Shown here piece by piece: positions 54,914 through 57,526 of a DNA stretch of 57,526 nucleotides. Each line of letters starts with the position of its first letter. Position 1 is the first letter of the stretch. The stretch is taken from NCBI GenBank assembly GCA_964347825.1, contig CAYFZQ010000002.1:1-57526 (forward strand). Reading direction: 5' to 3'. The position numbers and the translations under genes were made by a program. The notes beneath the pieces are model-generated. The model saw nothing but the letters and a program-made list of their open reading frames with translations, had not been told where the DNA came from and ran no database searches. The DNA is from an uncultured Candidatus Bathyarchaeia archaeon. GTDB lineage: Archaea > Thermoproteota > Bathyarchaeia > Bathyarchaeales > Bathyarchaeaceae.

Positions 54914-55771
54914 CTAGATTTTTGTTCTCATTCCGTCATAAGCGAATTTTAGATTGTATTCGTCTCCCAGTCGCTTGTATTCATCGTAGGTTTTTCCCCA
55001 TTCCTCTTCGATGTGGGTTACGAGCGTTTCCTTTGCGTTCAGTTCCTTCGCAAGCTCTTGTAATTCTTTGGGTGAGAACAATTCCACTCTAAGTGGATTG
55101 TTCGGAGGGATGGTTATTCCTTCCTTCAGTGGGCCTTCAAGATGGAAGGAGCCGATTATCAACAAGTCCAGATTCTTTAATTTCGAGTTTTGCGGGAAGG
55201 GTTTCACGTCACACGGCGCGTAGACAACTCTCTTGTGATTTTCTTGGAGGAGGAATACTGTGGAGATATTGTAGGTTGTCTGAACCTCGAACGGTGTGAT
55301 CATGAAGCTTCCAATCTTGGAGGGGGTTCCATTCGCCAGTTCTATGGTTTCAATCAAGCCCGACTTCTCGTAGTATCTGAAGAAGGACCCACCTCTGTAC
55401 CCCATGGATTTTAGGTCTTTCATGACTTTGTCTAGGGCGCATACCTTGACTTTCTTCCTGGGATCATTTCCTCTCACGAACATATCGAGCCAGAATTTGT
55501 ACATTCTCTCTACTATCCTCATGCCAAACGTATGGTCTGGATGCCAATGCGTATAGAAAAGGTAGTCCACTGTCTTGATTGTCTCCCGATCCAACTGAGA
55601 AGCGATCTCCTCTGGAGTGTCAAAAAGAAGATTGATATCTTCAACGAACAAGGAAGACCCAGAACGTGCATATGGAATACCCTTTACCCTCGCCTCCGTG
55701 CAAACTCTACACTCACAACCCGGTCTGGGAATAGTTGTTGATCCACCAGAACCCAAGACGACTAATTCCAT
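54914..55771 (-). CDS. MBL-fold metallo-hydrolase (PhnP/RNase Z-like)
   Basis: Trimmed to ATG 55771 (MELVVLGSGGS...). Contains YTHWHPDHTFG. Confidence 0.75.
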   Translation of the reverse strand: MELVVLGSGGSTTIPRPGCECRVCTEARVKGIPYARSGSSLFVEDINLLFDTPEEIASQLDRETIKTVDYLFYTHWHPDHTFGMRIVERMYKFWLDMFVRGNDPRKKVKVCALDKVMKDLKSMGYRGGSFFRYYEKSGLIETIELANGTPSKIGSFMITPFEVQTTYNISTVFLLQENHKRVVYAPCDVKPFPQNSKLKNLDLLIIGSFHLEGPLKEGITIPPNNPLRVELFSPKELQELAKELNAKETLVTHIEEEWGKTYDEYKRLGDEYNLKFAYDGMRTKI

Positions 55772-55921
55772 ATCCTTACCGTTCGGGTCCAACAATCTTA
55801 AGAATTGCGACCCACCATTCACGCGCACAGCGGTTCGATAGAGTTCAGCATCATTGATGTTACATCAAGCTACGCACGCGAAAAATGAACTCTCTTCGAG
55901 TCTTAATCAGGTGCTTTTGGC

Positions 55922-56158
55922 TTACTCAGAAATCCGTTTCACATGGACCGCTTTCGGTCCTTTGTAGGTCTTTATGACCTCGAACTCCACTTTTTCTCCT
56001 TCTTTGAGACTACTTGTGCCTTCGATGTCCGAGTTATGCACGAAGATGTCATCGCTCTCGTCTTCCGGAGTGATGAACCCGTAGCCTCGGTAAGTGAGCC
56101 ATTTTTTCACCGTTCCTTTCGTCAGATCGTTCACCTCGCTTGCGTGCTTTCTATGCAT
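55922..56158 (-). CDS. cold-shock domain (CspA/Y-box-like) protein
   Basis: GTVKKWLTYRGYGFITPEDESDDIFVHNSDI holds the RNP1/RNP2-like motifs. An A/T box tctataatag lies about 35 nt upstream. Confidence 0.8.
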   Translation of the reverse strand: MHRKHASEVNDLTKGTVKKWLTYRGYGFITPEDESDDIFVHNSDIEGTSSLKEGEKVEFEVIKTYKGPKAVHVKRISE

Positions 56159-56326
56159 CAGTGGGTCTGGCTGCTGGACTATTATAGATTACTCTCATTG
56201 TTTGTACGCTCTTCTAACCATCCTTGAACATTGTTCGATACCGCAAAACTAAGCCAAATCCACCAAAGCTTGCTATATGTCGTCTAGATGGGAGTTCTGG
56301 TTTTCCGTTGGCACGACTGTACGGGT

Positions 56327-56671
56327 TCACGGCTTCTTGCGATAGACGGCTATCCACGGGCTACCGAAAACCTTCTTCTCTTGTTTTGTGGTTCGTCGGT
56401 AATCCTTCTTGCTTTCGGTGAACCTCATGAGGGGATCCAGTAAGGAATCTGGTCGGTGCGATAAAGTGTCAAGTCTGTTGGAGAGGTAGGTGGTCACAGT
56501 GTATCGTCGTTTGTCGCCGAAGACTCCGAATCTTGCGACAAGTCTCGTCCAGTCTTCAGGATATAGGGCTTTGAATACTTCGATGAAGTCGAGCACGGTG
56601 AATGCCTCTTTAGGAAGTGCTCTGATGGTCTTCTCCATCTTTACATCTTCAACGAGTGGCTTTGAGCCCAC
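56327..56671 (-). CDS. hypothetical protein
   Basis: 114-aa ORF (ATG 56638 is an alternative start) with protein-like composition and no motif I recognise. Confidence 0.4.
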   Translation of the reverse strand: MGSKPLVEDVKMEKTIRALPKEAFTVLDFIEVFKALYPEDWTRLVARFGVFGDKRRYTVTTYLSNRLDTLSHRPDSLLDPLMRFTESKKDYRRTTKQEKKVFGSPWIAVYRKKP

Positions 56672-56708
56672 CGATCGTCGCTCCTTTCACGTCATAGACT
56701 CACGTGCG

Positions 56709-57251
56709 TCATTTCCCGCGATACAGCTTAGCAGCAGAGTACATTATCCATATTACAGCAGCAACTGTGGATATGGTCTCTGGCACCGCCACACCGGCAC
56801 TGTAGATCTTCGCGCCATACAATGCCCACGAAAGGCTCCCGACTAAAAACGCGGCCACTGCCAAGTAGGACTTGGTTTCTGCAGCGTATACCAAAGAGGC
56901 GAAGCCCAATGATGCGAAGAATAGGATGGATACAACAGTGTGAAGAGGCCCGTAAACCTCGTCGTACGTTGCTACTAATTGCAGCGAAAACCCCACTGTG
57001 GCCAAGAAGAAACTGGTATAGGGGGCGTGCTTCCTGAAAACCGTGACGGCGTAGATTAGGATTAGAAGCCCGGTGAGGAGGAGCCCCAGATTGAATATCG
57101 CCGCGACGTCGCTCCGCATAGCGTGCCCGAGATCACTCAAGGCGTGTCTCTCCCACCTGAACCATGGTGAGAACGCGATTGACACGGCTATGGCGACGTA
57201 GCCTATTGTCGGTCCAATGATTCCGAGCAGGGAGCCGATCTTATGATTCAC
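56709..57251 (-). CDS. DUF998-like integral membrane protein
   Basis: 180 aa, 5-6 TM spans, N-terminal pattern GIIGPTIGYVAIAVSIAFSPWFRWERHALSDLGH. Confidence 0.6.
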   Translation of the reverse strand: MNHKIGSLLGIIGPTIGYVAIAVSIAFSPWFRWERHALSDLGHAMRSDVAAIFNLGLLLTGLLILIYAVTVFRKHAPYTSFFLATVGFSLQLVATYDEVYGPLHTVVSILFFASLGFASLVYAAETKSYLAVAAFLVGSLSWALYGAKIYSAGVAVPETISTVAAVIWIMYSAAKLYRGK

Positions 57252-57279
57252 TTAACCACCTGGTCCAAGCATGAATGCT

Positions 57280-57289
57280 ATGCGCGCGC
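57280..57289 (-). repeat. GCGCGCGCAT motif copy 3 (reverse orientation)
   Basis: The plus strand reads atgcgcgcgc. It lies 13 nt downstream of the minus-strand stop at 57303..57305. Confidence 0.6.
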
Positions 57290-57302
57290 TTTCATATGGG
57301 AA

Positions 57303-57526
57303 ACTAATAATCGTCTTCTTCAAATTCATCTTCAAATATGAAAGGAAGGTCACGTTCATCCACCCTCTCAAAATCGCAGTGAATATAGCCTGATTTGCTC
57401 AAACCGAATTGCATTAGATTGTATGTTTTGTGACCATAACTAAAACTCTTATTGGACATCTTGAATGCGGTAACTAAGTTGTCAAGTGCTATATGAAAAA
57501 GCCATTCAATAACAGCTTTTTCGCCC
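57303..57526 (-). CDS. C-terminal fragment of an unknown protein (5' end outside the window), acidic tail
   Basis: Own translation, open to the window edge: GEKAVIEWLFHIALDNLVTAFKMSNKSFSYGHKTYNLMQFGLSKSGYIHCDFERVDERDLPFIFEDEFEEDDY*. Confidence 0.4.

Noticed and set aside
1-57526. Search for CRISPR arrays, IS elements/transposases, integrases, prophage genes, rRNA and known defence or toxin-antitoxin genes
   Set aside because: I found no evenly spaced direct repeats, terminal inverted repeats with a transposase ORF, or defence-type domains. The only RHH protein is paired with an FtsZ-like gene, not a toxin.

Overview
Archaeal chromosomal segment with no rRNA, CRISPR array, transposase, integrase or recognisable defence gene. 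Lineage markers point to a TACK-type archaeon: unsplit rpoA and rpoB, eL13, Topo VI, an aIF2beta-DUF424-aIF1A-Rio1-Dim2 cluster and intron-containing tRNAs. Finer placement cannot be made from this window. (1) 1-17.5 kb is a dense redox island. It holds a partial hydrogenase maturation protease, two hdrCB pairs, mvhG-mvhA, three hdrA paralogues each fused to an MvhD-like domain, OsmC, nfnAB and a polyferredoxin. (2) 17.5-31.8 kb is information processing: nusA, rpl30e, fused rpoA, rpoB, tRNA(CAT), translation-initiation and ribosome-biogenesis genes, top6B/top6A and tRNA-Asn. (3) 31.9-57.5 kb is mixed housekeeping and accessory. It includes gcvPA/PB, a MoaD-like protein, a MiaB-family methylthiotransferase, an RHH plus FtsZ-like pair, a PHP protein, metG, a HAD-polyprenol kinase fusion, an MgtE-type transporter module, phosphatase, FAH, MBL hydrolases, kptA, GNAT, a beta-CASP RNase, eL13, a cold-shock protein and several small or unknown ORFs. 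The five points most worth a second look: (a) top6B has no usable start codon; its essential N-box sits behind one in-frame TGA and beside a CUU-UGA +1 shift site. (b) A translationally coupled RHH protein and a catalytically degenerate FtsZ/tubulin homologue. (c) A tRNA-Asn with a textbook bulge-helix-bulge intron at non-canonical position 30/31. (d) hdrA paralogues that have lost specific Fe-S cysteine sets. (e) A GCGCGCGCAT motif 13-18 nt after three stop codons. All calls come from reading the sequence and ORF track by eye; no searches were run.
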